DNA from: Schmidtea polychroa
Taxonomy: Eukaryota
DNA length: 64,000 nucleotides
Direction of reading: 5' to 3'
Assembly: GCA_044892525.1 (NCBI GenBank)
Contig: CM097885.1
Span: 38,504,001-38,568,000 of the forward strand
The notes under the pieces are model-generated. The model was given only the letters and a program-made list of their open reading frames with translations, was not told the origin of the DNA and made no database searches. This document shows, piece after piece, positions 43,187 through 58,949 of the stretch. The stretch's first letter is position 1. Each line of letters opens with the position of its first letter. Position numbers and translations under genes: made by a program.

Positions 43187-44153
43187 CACCTAACTGCGAA
43201 AGTTAACATTGTCTATAATATACGTTATTGTGCACACCACCTGAGGTGAGTCACCAATTATATGACAATGTTAACTTAATTTCATTTTTTCAATTTTTCA
43301 AAAATCGTTTTAAGGTAAGTTTTTGAATTGAAGTAATTTTTAGGACTTGAATTTTGATTTTATATAATTATGAGGTCATTATTCAAGTTCTTAAATATTA
43401 CTGTTAGTCAGCATATATAATATATAAATTTTATAACTAAATTTCAGGTGTTTTTTAGGAATTTTATGGTATTTTATTTGGATTTATTTGGATTTATTTG
43501 GATTTATTTCGTCAAAATGTAAGTTAGATATTTTTATAATTATAAATAAGTAAAGTAATCACCAAACATTTATATTTTTAAAGACATTTAGTAAAGAATG
43601 GATAAAATATTTTTTAAGTTTTTGTAATCTTCTTTCGGATTTTGTCTATTTCTGTAATTCTATGAAAATATTAATTTGTTAAAATAATTTATTAAAATTT
43701 ACGATTTGCGATTTTTTTCCTGCAAATTCAAAGATGTCGAAGGACCTTCTTCAATATCTGTAAATCTAAAGAAATTTTATATTCTAAATTATTTTATAAT
43801 TAAATTTTACGATGTATTTTCTTCTTTTTCCCTAAAGCTCAAGGTAGAGCAGTCAGAATCTGATTCAAAAGTTTTTTTGTACATAACTTTTTAAATAATT
43901 TGAAAATATTGATATGTTAATCAATGTTCATTTCGCATGAAAAACACTTTACTTAATTTTATATGTATTTTTCATTATGTGTGCTGTGCTTGTATGCTTA
44001 ATTATTTTCTCTCACTTTTTAGATTCCTATAATAAATATGTTAAATTTCGCAGCATTAAATTTCAACACACAGGTAAGTTGGTGTGTTCCTATAATATAT
44101 ATTTATTGATTTTTTTAAAGATTATAGATAACGTTATATTTCGCAGTTAGGTG
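43187..44153. mobile_element. Non-autonomous TIR element flanked by TA
   Basis: TIR CACCTAACTGCGAAA / TTTCGCAGTTAGGTG; superfamily uncertain. Confidence 0.65.
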
Positions 44154-44731
44154 TATAAAATATCAAATAACACAACGACTGTTTTAAATATTTATTAAAC
44201 TAAAAGATTTTCCAAAAGTCTTGGAGGGTTTCACAATATCTAAATAAACAATATTCAAACAAGATTCTGTTTCCAGAACGTGCGTGCAATTGTGTATTGT
44301 GTGATTATTGTATTATGCGTGCTATATTTCTTGAAGATTTTCAATCGTTTTGTTTTGTCCGTCGTATTTTAAAACCTAAGAAGGATTTACTTTTTTATAT
44401 TATATTACTAAGATTAAATTTTTTGTTGGACGAGTTTATTGATGTTACTGTCGCTATTTATACAAATTATTAAAGCAGCTATTAATATTATTAATTATTT
44501 TTAGGGAAAATCTATGTCAAATAATCATATTTTATCAAAGAAAAATTATTTCTGTTAATGTATTTTTATTATTATTTATTTTGTATTACAGGAAATTCGT
44601 TTATTATCTTAAAAGTATTTTCCTTTATTATTATAAGAAATTATTTTGTTATTTTAACAAATTTTTGATTAAAGTAATCCCTTCTTAAATTATGTTTCTA
44701 AAATGTTATTGAATAAAAAATAACTCTCGTC

Positions 44732-45244
44732 TAGGGTTGCCAACTGTACGCTTTTGAAGCGTAACCTACGCTTTTCGTGCAAAAAACAAACATGTATACG
44801 TTATACGGACGCTTTTCATAGATATACGAAAAAATGCGCTTTTAGCTTGCTGGGATAAAAATATCGTCAATTTTTGGTTCGATGGTGTAAAAAAAATTGC
44901 TTTCCAAATTGAAACGGCAGAATGTTTTCCAAATTCATATTTCAATTTACTTGAAATTTCCAGAAAAACTGTCATAATTACAATGTGATATTTCCTGTAT
45001 TTTGAAAATTAATTTTTGAGATGTAGAAATTAAAAAGTAAAATATATAATTTTATTAATTATTAATTTTGTTTAAGTTTTATTAATTGTTGATTATAAAA
45101 ATATTTGTCTGTTATTTTTATAATAAAAGAGTTTTGTTATCTTATCTCAATTTTTATTTTTTGCAATTATTTGTCATTTTTGTTACTATATGGTTAAAAG
45201 AAATTTGAATACGCTTTTGGTCGAATCAAAAGTTGGCAACCCTA
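44732..45244. mobile_element. hAT MITE
   Basis: TIR TAGGGTTGCCAACT / AGTTGGCAACCCTA; imperfect 8-bp TSD CTCTCGTC/TTCCCGTC. Confidence 0.8.
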
Positions 45245-48200
45245 TTCCCGTCCCTAAATTATGTATTTAAGATTTTATATGTACGAAATAAAATGATAAG
45301 CCGATTATAAAAACTCAATTATTTTCAATACATAAAAATAAAAGATGAACAATTATTTACACCATAAAACATAAACACATAAAATAAATAAAAATAATTA
45401 AGTCACGTATTTGATCAGAAATTGTCTAAATTGAATTATCAATTGAATTGCATAGAATGAAAACTATGATGTTTAAAATTGAGCTGTCGATCTGAATTGT
45501 AGAGATGGAGAACTACGAATTTGTGAGGACTTTACATAGATGTTTGTTTGAACTATTCCTGTCACTGACGTTCCTCGGCGTATACGTAAACTCTGTACTT
45601 GCCTTGCCCCGTTTTATAATATTTTTTGAGGATGAATGTGGTAATAGGTCTGCCCTCATCATCCAACAGAAGTTTACTTTAAATGTCATGAATGAAACGT
45701 TTTCCTTTAGAGCGAGTTCTAAATAAATTTGATTCCTTTACTTTAATATAATTTCATAATTTATTTCTATCATACCATGGGATTTATTTGGACGAAATTG
45801 CGTAATTAAGAATTTCAATCCAGTGATCCTATCTGTTGACATGTACAACATTATGAACCGATCATGAAGAAAGGGATTCAAACATTCAACCTTTTTATTT
45901 AGGTTGATAAGACATTCTAAGCTTTTAGAAGACCATTTAAAAATGAAAATAATGTAGCTTATATTTGTAATGATATTGGAGGGTCCCAGTTTTCAAAAAT
46001 GTTAGATTTAAGCAATGGCTTTGCATAATGTGAGCTTTTTGACTCATTATTTGAAGGGGAATGATATTATCTGAAACCTTTGGGAAAATCAAAAAATTAG
46101 TTAAAGGTAATTCATATAATTTTCCTACCTACAAGAGCTTGGTGTTTAAAGATAATTAGAATATTGTTAAAATTGTGTAAATACATTTTAACCTCATTTT
46201 AAAGTTAAATCCTAAAATGATTTATTCTTTTTTCTTAGCACAAATATAATCTTTTCATTCTTCCATTATTTCTGACTATGTAATAAAATACATTAGTATG
46301 ATGAGGAGACCATTGGCAAGGGTCAAGACGATGTTAATAACAGAGGTTACAAATAGAGTGCGATGACATCTGTAAATTATATCAGTGGGAAAGAGCAAAT
46401 AAGGTGAAGGGTTTCCTTGGAATTAATGTGTCAAAAATGACATGATTATAGAAAACAGAATATACTAGAAATTGTCCATCAAATGAACCAGACTGCTCAA
46501 GGATTAGCAGAAAAATTATAAAAACATCAAAAATCAAGTCATCTAACAAAACATTTTCAATGAATGTCAGATTAGCAAGGGAACTCTAATTATATTCAAT
46601 TTACTTTCGACAGGAATCAAACAGCCTCAGTAATTATTAATTAGTTTGAGAAATAATTGTAACTGATAAAAATATTACAATATTTGAAATATTCCCATTT
46701 TTGTCAATGGGATATAACAATTTTTAAAATTATTTCTATTGGGATATTTTTCGCCAAACTTTTTAAATTTAAATAATAAAATATATTTAAAAATTAAATT
46801 TTAAATTAATAACCAAAATCGTGAAAAATTTGTTTTAAATTATGTTGAGGTTTTAAAAGTAAATTATTAAATTATATAGTTCAGATTAAAAGGAAAACCC
46901 AAAATTGAATGGCGGTCAATCAGAGAAGCAATGGCAAAGAAAGATATGATAAAAACAGAACTATAAAAGGGTACAATCAGACATGAAATGGAAAAATGCG
47001 CACACCTGAGGAAGTGGAATAAAGTGAAAAGTTATCGAAATTGAAGCTGGAAACGGGAGACGGGTAGATTAGGGGATGGTGAAGAAGACAGTGGAGCAAG
47101 AAAAGGTTAGAAAATGTTTAGAAAGGGTCGTAAAACAGACAAATGTGGAAAAACGTAAAATATTAATTAATTAATTGGCTAATAGAAAACCCGAGCTAAT
47201 GGGAAGCCCAAGCCAATGGAAAACCCAACCGATGAAGAAAACCAGAGCGCGGAAATTTGGGAGGATAAACAAATGGGGAAGTCAGAGAGCAATTATTCAA
47301 ACAACCGGATAAACGAGGGTAAACAAAAGAAGGGGAATCAGGGAGAGGGTCAACAGAAATAGCGAATTAGGGAATAATAACTAAGGAAGTCAAAACCAAT
47401 TAGGTCAAAAATAGGGCAATTACAACGATTATGGGAGTATATAAGGAAACTCCAAATTCACATAATAAGCAATAGCCTTAGGTAGGGAAGAAGAAACCGA
47501 CATTAGGAGTTAGAGGAATAGAATAAAAGAAGAAAAGAATTATAGGAAAAACTGAAGAGTTAGATAAGGAGCGTCAAAAGAGATTGGATCAGAGAGTGAA
47601 ACTAAATCAAAAGGTGAAACTTAATTTTTTAATCGTACGAGGTTGAAACCTTCCAGAGCAGAGTCCGATCTGAAATTGTGTGAGAATTGTGATTAACTAA
47701 CAGTGTAATTAATTGTTGAGAGTTGTAAATTTTTATAAAACAAATATACGTTGGGAGTTTGTGTTTATTGATTTTGGAACACGTGAAGTCAGAGTAACCA
47801 ACGGTTGATTTTGATATCATAAAACCCAACAATTATACCAACAAATACCAATTATACCAACAATTTAAATTATAAATCATATTTAAATGTTCTTTAAATT
47901 TATTTAAAAAGACAATGGAAAAATTTAGAAATTATTTAATTCTTTCGTTATTACTTTATGCTTTGTGGACCGAATATTAATTGTATCAATTTAAATTAAC
48001 TAAAAATTCGATATTCAAAAATTTATTGTTATTACAATATTCAAACAAGAGGATTATTTTACTTCAACAATATCTTGAGCATGAAAACATCATTCTACAA
48101 TCATTCTATTAATTTAAATTATATAATTATATTATAATTATATTTACATTTAAGGTGTTAATATATTATTTTCAATTATTATTTAAATACCATTGTAGTG

Positions 48201-48658
48201 CCTGCAGAAACTCACCAATAGTTAGATTAATTTTTATTATCATATTAAATTTAAAATTAAATTATATATCAAATTTGACAAATTTTTTTCTGACAAATTT
48301 TTGAATCAGAACAAAAATGAACTACACGACTACGTTAATCAAAAAAGCATCAACAGAAAAGTTCTAATTATTTCAGATCAACATTGCTAGCAAAATTCGA
48401 TAACTACAACAAAAAGGTGAATTCAAAAAAGAACCACAATCAATGCGTGATTACAATTGCAAACAAAGCTGATGATAAAATATATTGGATTTAATAAAAT
48501 TTTGTATAACCTTGGAATTATGGTTATGTTAATTCTCAATTCATCAGCTTCCTGTGAGAGCAGCTCCTTCATGACAACCATAATTATTAAATTCTAAGTT
48601 AATTAATATACAATATTTAAATTAGTTAATTAATTGAGTTAAATAATATGTTTTATAT

Positions 48659-48937
48659 CAGTGCTCCCCAAACTTTTGTGTCGCGAACCGGTTAATTTGT
48701 CCTAATCCAAAAACTTAAATTTTAATTAGTAATATTTATTAAAAAAAAGTAACAAATAGACAATATAAAAGAATTATTGACGAAATTAGGTTTCGTCTGC
48801 ATGCAATAAATTGCAAATAATACCTAAAAAATTCATCGAAATTCGAAATAAATAGAAGAGTTATCGAAACACACACGCTTAAAAATAAAATAAAATTTAC
48901 AAAAATGTTCTGCGAACCGGCACTTTGAGAAATACTG
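48659..48937. mobile_element. hAT MITE
   Basis: CAGTGCTCCCCAAA / TTTGAGAAATACTG termini; TSD TTTTATAT; internal GCGAACCGG repeats. Confidence 0.8.
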
Positions 48938-51900
48938 TTTTATATAACTTATTCCTTACGTGCTCCAAGAATTTTTAAATATTTTCTGGTAACTGATTTT
49001 TATTGCGATTTATTTTATGCTCCTCGAATTATGTAATTTTCCTTTTATTAAACAATTATTTCCTTTATGCCCATCATAGCTTGGATGGAAATAAATGCGG
49101 ATTGTTCAAGGAAGTAATTTGGATTTGTTTTCTCATTTACTATTTTCAATTTAGGTGGAAAATATAATAAACACTTTTTTACTTAATATTTATGAAAATT
49201 AATTGAAGTAATATAAATATATTATTGGGATTAATATAAAAAGACAAAAAAATAAAATAGAAGCACGGTTAAAATCAATAAAAACACCAAAATAATAAAA
49301 GTGCAAAATTAATAAAAATTCACTAAAAGTTGAATATTAATATTGTACGGGGAAACATGTATGGTTAAACCCGAATCATAATAATTTAGTGAATGGTCCT
49401 TAGAGAAAGATATAACGAAATAACAAAGTAATTAAAATTAATTAATTCGCTAATGGGAAATCCGAGCTAACGAATGCCCGAGTAGAGTAAGAAATCCGAG
49501 TTATCCGAGCTATATTCAAATTGTTTTAACTGCGTGAAGTTTGCGTTGTTACGTAGAAATCATTTTGTTTAGGCCAGCGTCACTAAATTAACTATTGTGA
49601 AAACACTGTGAAAGATCCAAAAAGAACTTTATATGAATGTAAACAATGTAAGAATGGTTGTAAAAATATATAATTAATACTTCTTTGAAATGTAATAAAA
49701 TTTTGTACAAAAATATCTATCTTTTTTATTGCATAAATTTATTTTCTAACATGACACTAAACAATCTTTGGTCAATATATTAACCGATGAAATCTTTGAT
49801 TTTTCTGACGGACTAAGAAATATTTTTATTTTTATTTATCAAATTTATTTTATCTAGGCAATGAGTATTTTAAAATATATTAGTTAAAATTCAAATTCCA
49901 AAATATTTAATTTGTCCTATAAAGGATTAAGTTTATCTTTCAAAATTTAAGAGATGAAGTCATACAACTTACCGGTTCTAATGAGCCATTACATAACACT
50001 CTAATGTCTAACGCTCCATGTGTGATTCTAAACGCTTTCTTCAGGTCTTTGGCAAATTGTCTTCTCTGAGGATGTGTTGAGCACGCATAAGAAAAATGTT
50101 TCTAATCGTATTCACATGGCCAAAGAGAAGTTTCAATATGACGTAATGGATGACGTTGATGTTTTACAATTATTCCAAAATCACGGTCTATAAAACGCTC
50201 TGAAATTTTTTATAAAAATTGAAACTTCAAAGGGACTTTATTGATTAGATGAATGATCAATGGTTTACAACACATTAAATCGCTATGAAATACTATCTTT
50301 TTCATCATTAAATACTTCAAGACAGCAAAAAATATTTGTGGAATGAAATTCCATATTTTAGTGTAAATAGTGCCTATTTAGACACTGTTTCTGTTAACGT
50401 TAAATTTTCAGGAGTGTAACATGAGTTAATCAGGTAATTTAATCTTAATTTAAAAATAAATAAATATTGAAGATTGACGAAAATTGACAAATAATAATAG
50501 TAAATTTATAATTTGTTTAATAAATCGATAATATCTATAGTTTTTTCTATCCCGCCTTATAATGACAGTGAGACTGTCGAAATATTTCATAAACGGATGT
50601 TTGAGTTGCTCTTTCTAATAATTAGATCATTACTGTGTTTATTTAATTATTTTGTTAATAATAATAATAATTATTATTATTATTATTCTATTATAAAATT
50701 AATTTTTTCCCTATGAATTTTTTTTCATAATTTTAAATATTTCAAAATAAATTTTATAAAGAATTACTTTTTTCTCTGTGAAGATTCATTTGTGTCAGTA
50801 AAATTCATGCCAGACAAAAACAATCAAAACGATAATTTATGAATCTCTGTCAAATTAGCAAATACAAATGTGAAGAGATGTAAATGCATTCTTATATCAT
50901 AATCGAATTCGTATCAAACTAGCTCAAACGTTATTTGAAAAAAAAAATTTTCATTGGTAAATGTATTTTATTACTAAAGAATATTATACACATCAACACG
51001 TTACAATTTTATAAGAATGAAAAATTCTGTGGGGAATTAAGTCAGACTTATCAATGGACAAATTGTCCATTTAACTCCAAATAAATCTCCGGGAAAGAAG
51101 TTTAAAGTATGATTTAAGTTCTTAAAAGTCACGGACATCAAAATAGTCAAAATCTGAAAATCATGGAGTTTCTCAGAAATGTTGGGTATTTTGTGTAAGT
51201 CGTTATTACTGTCTGACTCCTTTGTGTTCCTTTCAAAATAAATAAACGACCCAACACAAAATCTTTATTTAAGACCGATATAGCTACACTTTAGTTACAC
51301 TTTTTATTAATTCAACCACACTTGATACAACCCTTTTTGGTCTGCACTTTTCAATAGACTATTAATCTCACGCAGGGATAAATCTTTCAACGGGAGATCT
51401 CCCTTTCTGGTACGTTCGATTTAAATTATTTATTTGCTACTAACTTTAACGTCTTCTGATCGCGCTCGGTGAACTTCTTGTTTCCATTTTCTTCGACCAA
51501 CTGGTAATTTTGTTTTCTTGCCAGTCGCTTTTATACCCATTTTGTAATTGATTTTACTTTGACAAATACAAGTTAAGTACAAGTGTGCTGCATCACTCAT
51601 CGTTAAACAAAAACATATGACTCATCGATGACCCATAACAAAGAACATGTCTCATACCCCCGAATAACTCATCAGGGGTAACTAATTGAGGGTTACTCAT
51701 TTCAAATTTAAATTTAAAATTCAAATTTTAAAAGGGTTAAATGATGTCAAACTTTATGGGTATCATTCGAAAGTTCTTGAAGAGTTCTATCTAATGGTCA
51801 TACCCTTGAAGGTTTTAGGTGTATCCTTAACCTTCAAAAGGTGAAAAACCTTCAACATTTAAAAAACTATATAATATAAGTATCATTCGAAAGGTAATTC

Positions 51901-52060
51901 AATATGTAGTTCAGTAGTCTAACTTACCACAACTTTCGATACATGTGTTAACAAATTGAAAGTAATTTTAACAAAGACAATGCAGTTTTAATGCAATATT
52001 AACAAAGACCCTTCAATCCATGTGCAAACTCAAACAATTACTAATAATAATAATATTATG

Positions 52061-52102
<42 letters not shown>

Positions 52103-52112
52103 TTATGATAAA

Positions 52113-52160
<48 letters not shown>

Positions 52161-53389
52161 TATAATTATAATAATAATTATAATTATAGTAGTAATAAAA
52201 ACTTATAAAATAATATTAATAATAATAAAACAGATTAATACAATAAACAATATTAAACAATAAAATAATTTAAAATTATCAATGGTAATCTAAAAATTGA
52301 TGTACTGATATTTGCAGCAATATTGTTTGAAATTGGTAACGTTGAATTATTTTTCAGATATTCTATCGATCCTTTGATTGTTTGAATTTCGCATATTAAT
52401 AATTCAATCTTTCTTAACAAATCATCATGTTTCTTAACAATAATTTTCATATTCTTCTTATTTTCAACAATTGATTTATTGAAGACATCAATATGATCAA
52501 TTTTTTTAAATTTTATATTTTGTATATATTCAAATGATAGGTCATTGCTGTTTTTTAAATTCTCCAATCTTTGGGATATTCTTTTTCATGGATGCTTTGC
52601 CCATTTTTGTTTGTCAAGAATATATAAAATATCCATCAACTTGGCGGTATTTGGACAAACACATTGATATATTTGAAGACTCTACTGTTATTGTTGTATT
52701 GCGTGTGCACACACTCATTATACTAATTACCAATAGAAATATTGTATTTATGTTGTATAAAATCAAAACTCATATATTTTACATTTATAGTCTATCAACC
52801 AATTAGAATCATATGGTATTAGTATAAATAAAACATTGCATTTTAAATTGCTGTAGAAATGTCGCAAATAACGTAGCTTTAATTCGCTTTAAGGAAATTG
52901 CCCGTCTGCTTTGACGGCTCGCTCAAATTTAATTTTAGTCGGCTAATTTGATTGCCTTTCCTAATTTGATTGATAATTCAAGTTCTCTCAAATCGCTCGG
53001 GTTTTTCATTGTCTCGAGTTTCCCATTGGCTCGGGTTCTCCATTTGTTAATTAATTTTTAATTAATTTTTATTTTTTGTAATTTATTCCTTCTAGGGACC
53101 CCCCATTGATTTTATTTTATTACAGTTGAACTCGTCTCATCATTTCGCATCCGCCCATCCCAGTTTCCCCCGGAAATATTCATTTTTAAATTTTTTTGAT
53201 TTTTTAATTAATATTTATTTTAATTTAATTATTTTAATCATATTCACCTCTGGAGACCAAAATAGTCTACACAGAAACTATAAACCTTTAGCTATTTTAA
53301 CTTGTAATGATGTAACATCACAAAGCCTGTAATGTTTATATTACAAATATTCAAATCTTAGACATCCGTAAAAAAAAGTTTTTTACACC

Positions 53390-53423
<34 letters not shown>

Positions 53424-53428
<5 letters not shown>

Positions 53429-53562
53429 GTGATAATTTAAGCCATTTGCTGCGAATAATGTATTTAATGAAAAAATTTTCCTTGTCAATGGACTATCTTA
53501 TAGTGGAAAAGTTTTTCATTAAATACATTATTCGCAGCAAAAGGCTTAAATTATCACTTTAT
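53424..53562. repeat. Short foldback element inside an (AAT)n microsatellite
   Basis: ~55-bp near-perfect arms ATAAAGTGATAATTTAAGCC... / ...GGCTTAAATTATCACTTTAT. Confidence 0.8.
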
Positions 53563-53564
53563 AC

Positions 53565-53692
<128 letters not shown>

Positions 53693-55179
53693 GCAATAGC
53701 AATAACAACAAGTCAATTACATTTGTCGATTCATTGAACAACAAATCAACCGACAATAAAAGTTGTTGACAACGAATCCAAAACAAATCTCATCAACAAA
53801 TAAATAAACAAATAAATATCGAATAAATATTAAATTGATTGGAATGGATTGAAGAGTGAAGTATCGAATTTCTAATAATATTTCTATTAAATTTGTTATA
53901 GAAAGACATTGATTTAGTTTTTATTTGTAATTTTTGACAGAGATGTTGATGAGACTGTAATTGCGATGTGACATAAATCCGAATAAGTGGTCGGTTGTTG
54001 ACAGTACGATATAGCATTCATATTATCACGGCCACTGAGGAGTGGACTCGACGAAGTCGTTTCAAGTTTATCACGACTCAAAATAATTTCAAGTGGTTTC
54101 TACAGATAAAGCTAAATAAATTCGAATTTGTTCAGAAAATAAAGTTTTATTGTGAAAAAAATTTATAGTTTTCTTGATGTAATTATTATTTAATTGTATG
54201 TTAAAAATTTTAAAAATGCATTCGAAAAGAAATTGAATTTTATTAAATTTAATATTTTTTTTATTTGTCAGATTGCTAGTCGAAATGTATTTCATCATTG
54301 CCAAAATATGTTTTCCATTTCATTTTATGCGACCTATTTCCCTCTCTAATCTTCTTCGGTGAAGTATTTGGTGGTAAGCGGACTAAGCAGCTATGTATGG
54401 CTTTGAGATATTAAAATAATTTTTCATTAGGATTCGAAGGTTATATAAACTTTTTTGTATATTTCAAATAATTATATTTTGTTATCCAAATATCATTTTT
54501 TACCAAAGACTCGGTTGGGATATTTAAATGTTTGTCGATGGAACTAAATCTCGATCCGACTCCTCATGTTCAACAATCAAAAGAATACTCAAATTCCAAC
54601 AAAATCTTTATTTAAAAATTGACCAAATTCTTTAAAAAGTCACAATAACCGGGTAAATGCCCAATAGGTATCACCCAAATAAGCCAAAGTACAATTTGGT
54701 TTATCACTATCGTTCACTGTTCTTCGTTTAATTCTGCTACTTTAATTTTTTCCTCTTCGACCAACTTGCGCTTTCTGTTCTTTGCTTTCTCATTATATAC
54801 CATTTTATTTCCGATTAATCTTTACTTCGTTTTGACTTGGTTGAAGAATTTCTTGCTGATTATTTTAATTCCCGGTAACCCATCAATCTGATGATTAATA
54901 GCTTTTATTGAAACTTAATTAATTAATTAATTTGTTTTTTGAAATCCTAACCCTTCTATAGACCTCCGATCGATTTTAAATTATTTTTTTCGTCTTCAAT
55001 AAGTATTTGCGTGGAATATATCAATAGAATTAAAATAGAATGAGATTAAAAATTTTAAAATATTTACAAAATGACATTAATGTTTACACTTTTGAAAATG
55101 AATTTGACTATATTTTTGACCACTCTGAATATGAAATATTATTGAAATTATTTAATAATTCCCTCATCTAATGTGTCAA

Positions 55180-55340
55180 GGGAAAAACTGTGTAAAAGTT
55201 ATTTAAGGAGTACTATGGGAGAAGAAACATTAAATAATATGGCCATTCTGTATATTGAAGAGGAATTTCCAAACCGAATTGACATTACAAAAATAATTGA
55301 CAAATTTGCAAGAAATATAGCTAGGCGGAAATTTATTTAG
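55180..55340 (+). pseudogene. hAT dimerization-domain remnant
   Basis: YLRSTMGEETLNNMAILYIE...IIDKFA...RRK. Confidence 0.65.
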
Positions 55341-57786
55341 AAAAGTTTTTTTTTAAATAACTGAAATGAAATTTTTGGTTACACTCTTTTGTTAATAACT
55401 TATAGATAGTTTTCTTGGAATTTTCTAAATTCAGTTTGAGGGCCCCAAAATTTTTTCCACTTCGGGTTTTCACTTGACTTGATCTAACAGTGATCCTCTT
55501 GTTGATTAAATGATAAATTACAAAAAATATTTAAATATTTTTTTAAGAAATTGTCAAAGAAATAATTAATTAACAATATTTACAAAATTACATGATATAT
55601 TTAGAAATTATTATATTATATGGAAATACATTATACGGAATGGTATACAATTTTTCTATAGAGATATTTTTTCTGAGTTTTTGAAAATTTGTCAATTAAT
55701 GTGTGAATATTTTCATTCTTTCACCAAAATTCTTAATTTTTTTCAACTTTGATCTGATTTTTGAAATTTCATTTATTTTCATTTTGACAAAAGATCAAAT
55801 GTTTTTATTATACTCAACAGCAATTTTCGGCATTGAATTTATCAAGTGTTATTATGAAGGAACTTGATAACACTTGATAGAGACAATATTGTGCAAAAGC
55901 AAATATTTGATTTGTCCGAATAGCAAATACTGTCAGAATTGCTATGCATTTTCATAGGGAGCATCCCCGTCAGTTATTTCTCATTAGTTGAATTTTCTGA
56001 AGCAAATTAAAAGATTGTTTTAATGATCTTTGGGATCCCCTGATATCGATTTTCACCAAATCTAATTTTAGTTTATTAGTTTTAACCTGTTCAGCAACAT
56101 ATTGATATTTCTTCTTTTCGCATCTTAATTTATAATTTTTGCACTTGATTAATTTTCCGCATTTTTTTAAACCTTTACCTTTTGTACATAATTTCTTTTA
56201 CACATAACTTATATTTGCACCTATTTTTGTTAACCCCAACAAAAGGTAGATAAAACAAAGTGATAATTAGAAATACTGAGAATATGAAAAATTTGAAAAA
56301 GGGAAGATTTTAAAATTTTGATTTGGAATAAATTTATATGACTTACGAAATTAATAATTGCAATGTTATTGCTTCTGATATCCTACAAAAATAACAAGTA
56401 AAATTTAATAAAATTTAGTGAAAATAAATAAAATGTACTCATAAAAAACAAAACAAAAAATAAAAAATTTCTCAGATAATATTAATATATTAAATTAATT
56501 CAATATTGATTTATTGTTATGTTGTTTAATCTAACCGATTATAAATAATAATTAAATTTGATAATAAAAAAACCTAAATCAGCCATCTTGAAATTTAATT
56601 TCGGTTAGGTAAGTCTCAAGTTGGTACAATGTTCTTTAAATTTTATTTTATATGCTTCAACCTGCAAGAATAAAACGTCTATTCACTTAAACCCAGTCAC
56701 AGTAACAACTTGCAGAGAAATTGTAACGTTTCTATGATAATTGTATAGGTTTTCAAATTCAAATAATTTTCACATCGTCAGTAGAAATTGAAATAATTTT
56801 CTCAGTATTTTGAAGTCATATAAAAATATTAAATTTCGATTATAAAAAAGTTTTTTAACATTTCTTAATTGAATGAATATTTTTAACGAACCAGATAATT
56901 TGAAATTAACTTATTTTGGGATTTTCGTTTTAAATTATATTTTGTTTTAATTAGCCCACATAATATGACCAGAATTTATTTTAATCGGTAAAAAATAAAA
57001 TTAGGGGTGCCAAAAATAATCTCAATTTAAACAAATTCCATATTATTTTCAGTGTTAGGATTGCTTTGAGCCACATACTACTGTATAAATTTATTACGGT
57101 TGTTTACACTTTATCTACAACTAAATTTGTCTTTGTTTACTCGGTTAAGTTTCTTTTGTTAGGAGGTTCTGTTAGTATCATTATCTTCGTCTCTGCTTTT
57201 ATCACTCTTCGTCTTAATTCGGGCAGCATTTTTAGTTCCCTGTCTTTCTTATAGGTTTCTCTTTTTAATTGTTTTATCTTTCTTGTCAGCCATTTTATTT
57301 CTTGTATCGTTTTTTCCAGATTTCTTTCTTGTTCGATCTGTAGAAAGTCGTTTTCTCGTCCAATCTCGTTGTTTATTCGTTTTTGTTTTTGATGCTTTCT
57401 TTCTATCTTTTGATATTTGAGGCTCCATCTTCCCATTTTCTCATACTCTCGTTGTTTTTCCTTTAATTGGTTGTTTAATTCTTTTATGATTTGTTGGTGT
57501 TTTCTTGCCTCCATCTTTTAATAGTCGCTTATTATGCCTTCAGCTTTCCTACTGGCCCTTTCTTGTCACAGTTTTTCGGCTATTTACTCCCAATTTCTAC
57601 CTCTTTCTCTCTGTCCGTGGAGCCATTCGTTTTAGATTTCGATTTCTCGTTTCTCCTCCTTTATTATTTGGCATTCTCTCCGAGTGATTTGTAGAGTGAG
57701 TTGATTGTCTCCCAAAGTTTACCTATAGTTGGTTAGTTTTAACATTAACATTAGTTTGATTATGCTAACCTATAGTTGGTTAGTTT

Positions 57787-58723
57787 TAAGGTGACCATTT
57801 ATATTTTTTTATAAACGCGTACATCATAAAAATGAACTTTAATTTTTACCAAATAAACAAAAAAAGTTATTTTATTTCAATAAAATACTGATTCAAATCA
57901 CATTTCAAGTACATATAATATTTTATATTATTTATTTTTTTATTTTTCAACGGAATGAATTTTTTTCAAGATTGTTTCATCTTTTTCTAATATATCGGTA
58001 AATTCAGTACAGTTTACATTTCGTAAATTAAATTTGACTTTTAATATTGCAGACAATGCATTCACAGATAATCGCGATTTATCGTCAGTTCAAATTTCAT
58101 TGGCAATTGAAAACACTCTCTCCACTGAAGCATTTGTACCTGGCAAACAAAAGCTGCTTCAACCATTTATAAAATATTTAGGAATGGAATATGGACTTTA
58201 TTCTACAAACTTTTCTTCTGTACAAATTGTACCACAATACAAATTCAATTTATGAACTTCATTAAATAATTCATTGTCGATTTCAAAATAGGAAATTGTG
58301 TCAGTAACTTGTTCCCATTTTACATTTTCATGAAGTAATGACCATGCGAATATATACGATTTAAAATGTTGAGTCCATTCTTCTAAGTATTCCGAACAAA
58401 TACGATAAAAACTGTCAACTTTCTTCATAAACCTCTTCTTAATATCATTATAATAATGTAATTTTTTATCTTTAATTTTCATAAAAATTACTCAAAAAAC
58501 AGAATAACATCATATGGTCATATATAGGTACTTACTATTACTTAATTTTTTATGAAAAGTCACTTTTAAATTTGTTTTGTAATTTATTTTTATTTTAGGA
58601 CACATAAACAAAAAATGTCTGATAACTAATTTAAAATTTGTTTATTTTTTGAAAACGCGTACATTTCGCGTACACTTTCATATGCGTACAGTGGGTTGAA
58701 AACGCTTACAAATGGTCACCTTA
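57787..58723 (-). mobile_element. hAT (Blackjack-like) deletion derivative
   Basis: TIR TAAGGTGACCATTT / AAATGGTCACCTTA; TTAGTTT(T) duplication; remnant PGTNASVERVFS. Confidence 0.85.
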
Positions 58724-58949
58724 TTAGTTTTAACATTAACTGTTTAGATTTTATGCGGTCCTTATATAGTTTTTTTCTACGGCTATTTAGACCAATCAAA
58801 ATTATTATATTTTATTAAATCTAATTTAAATTAAATGTTTTATTGTTCATTTTGTCTTCTTATTTCTGTTTTACTTGTTATTATTTTAATTTTGTAAAAT
58901 ATTTTTATTTAATTGATAATTATGTGTTATTTTCTATTTTTATCAGTAT

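Noticed and set aside
49600..50430. Possible piggyBac remnant (KRTLYECKQC, TTAA-ending terminus)
   Set aside because: Too fragmentary; no paired TIR found.
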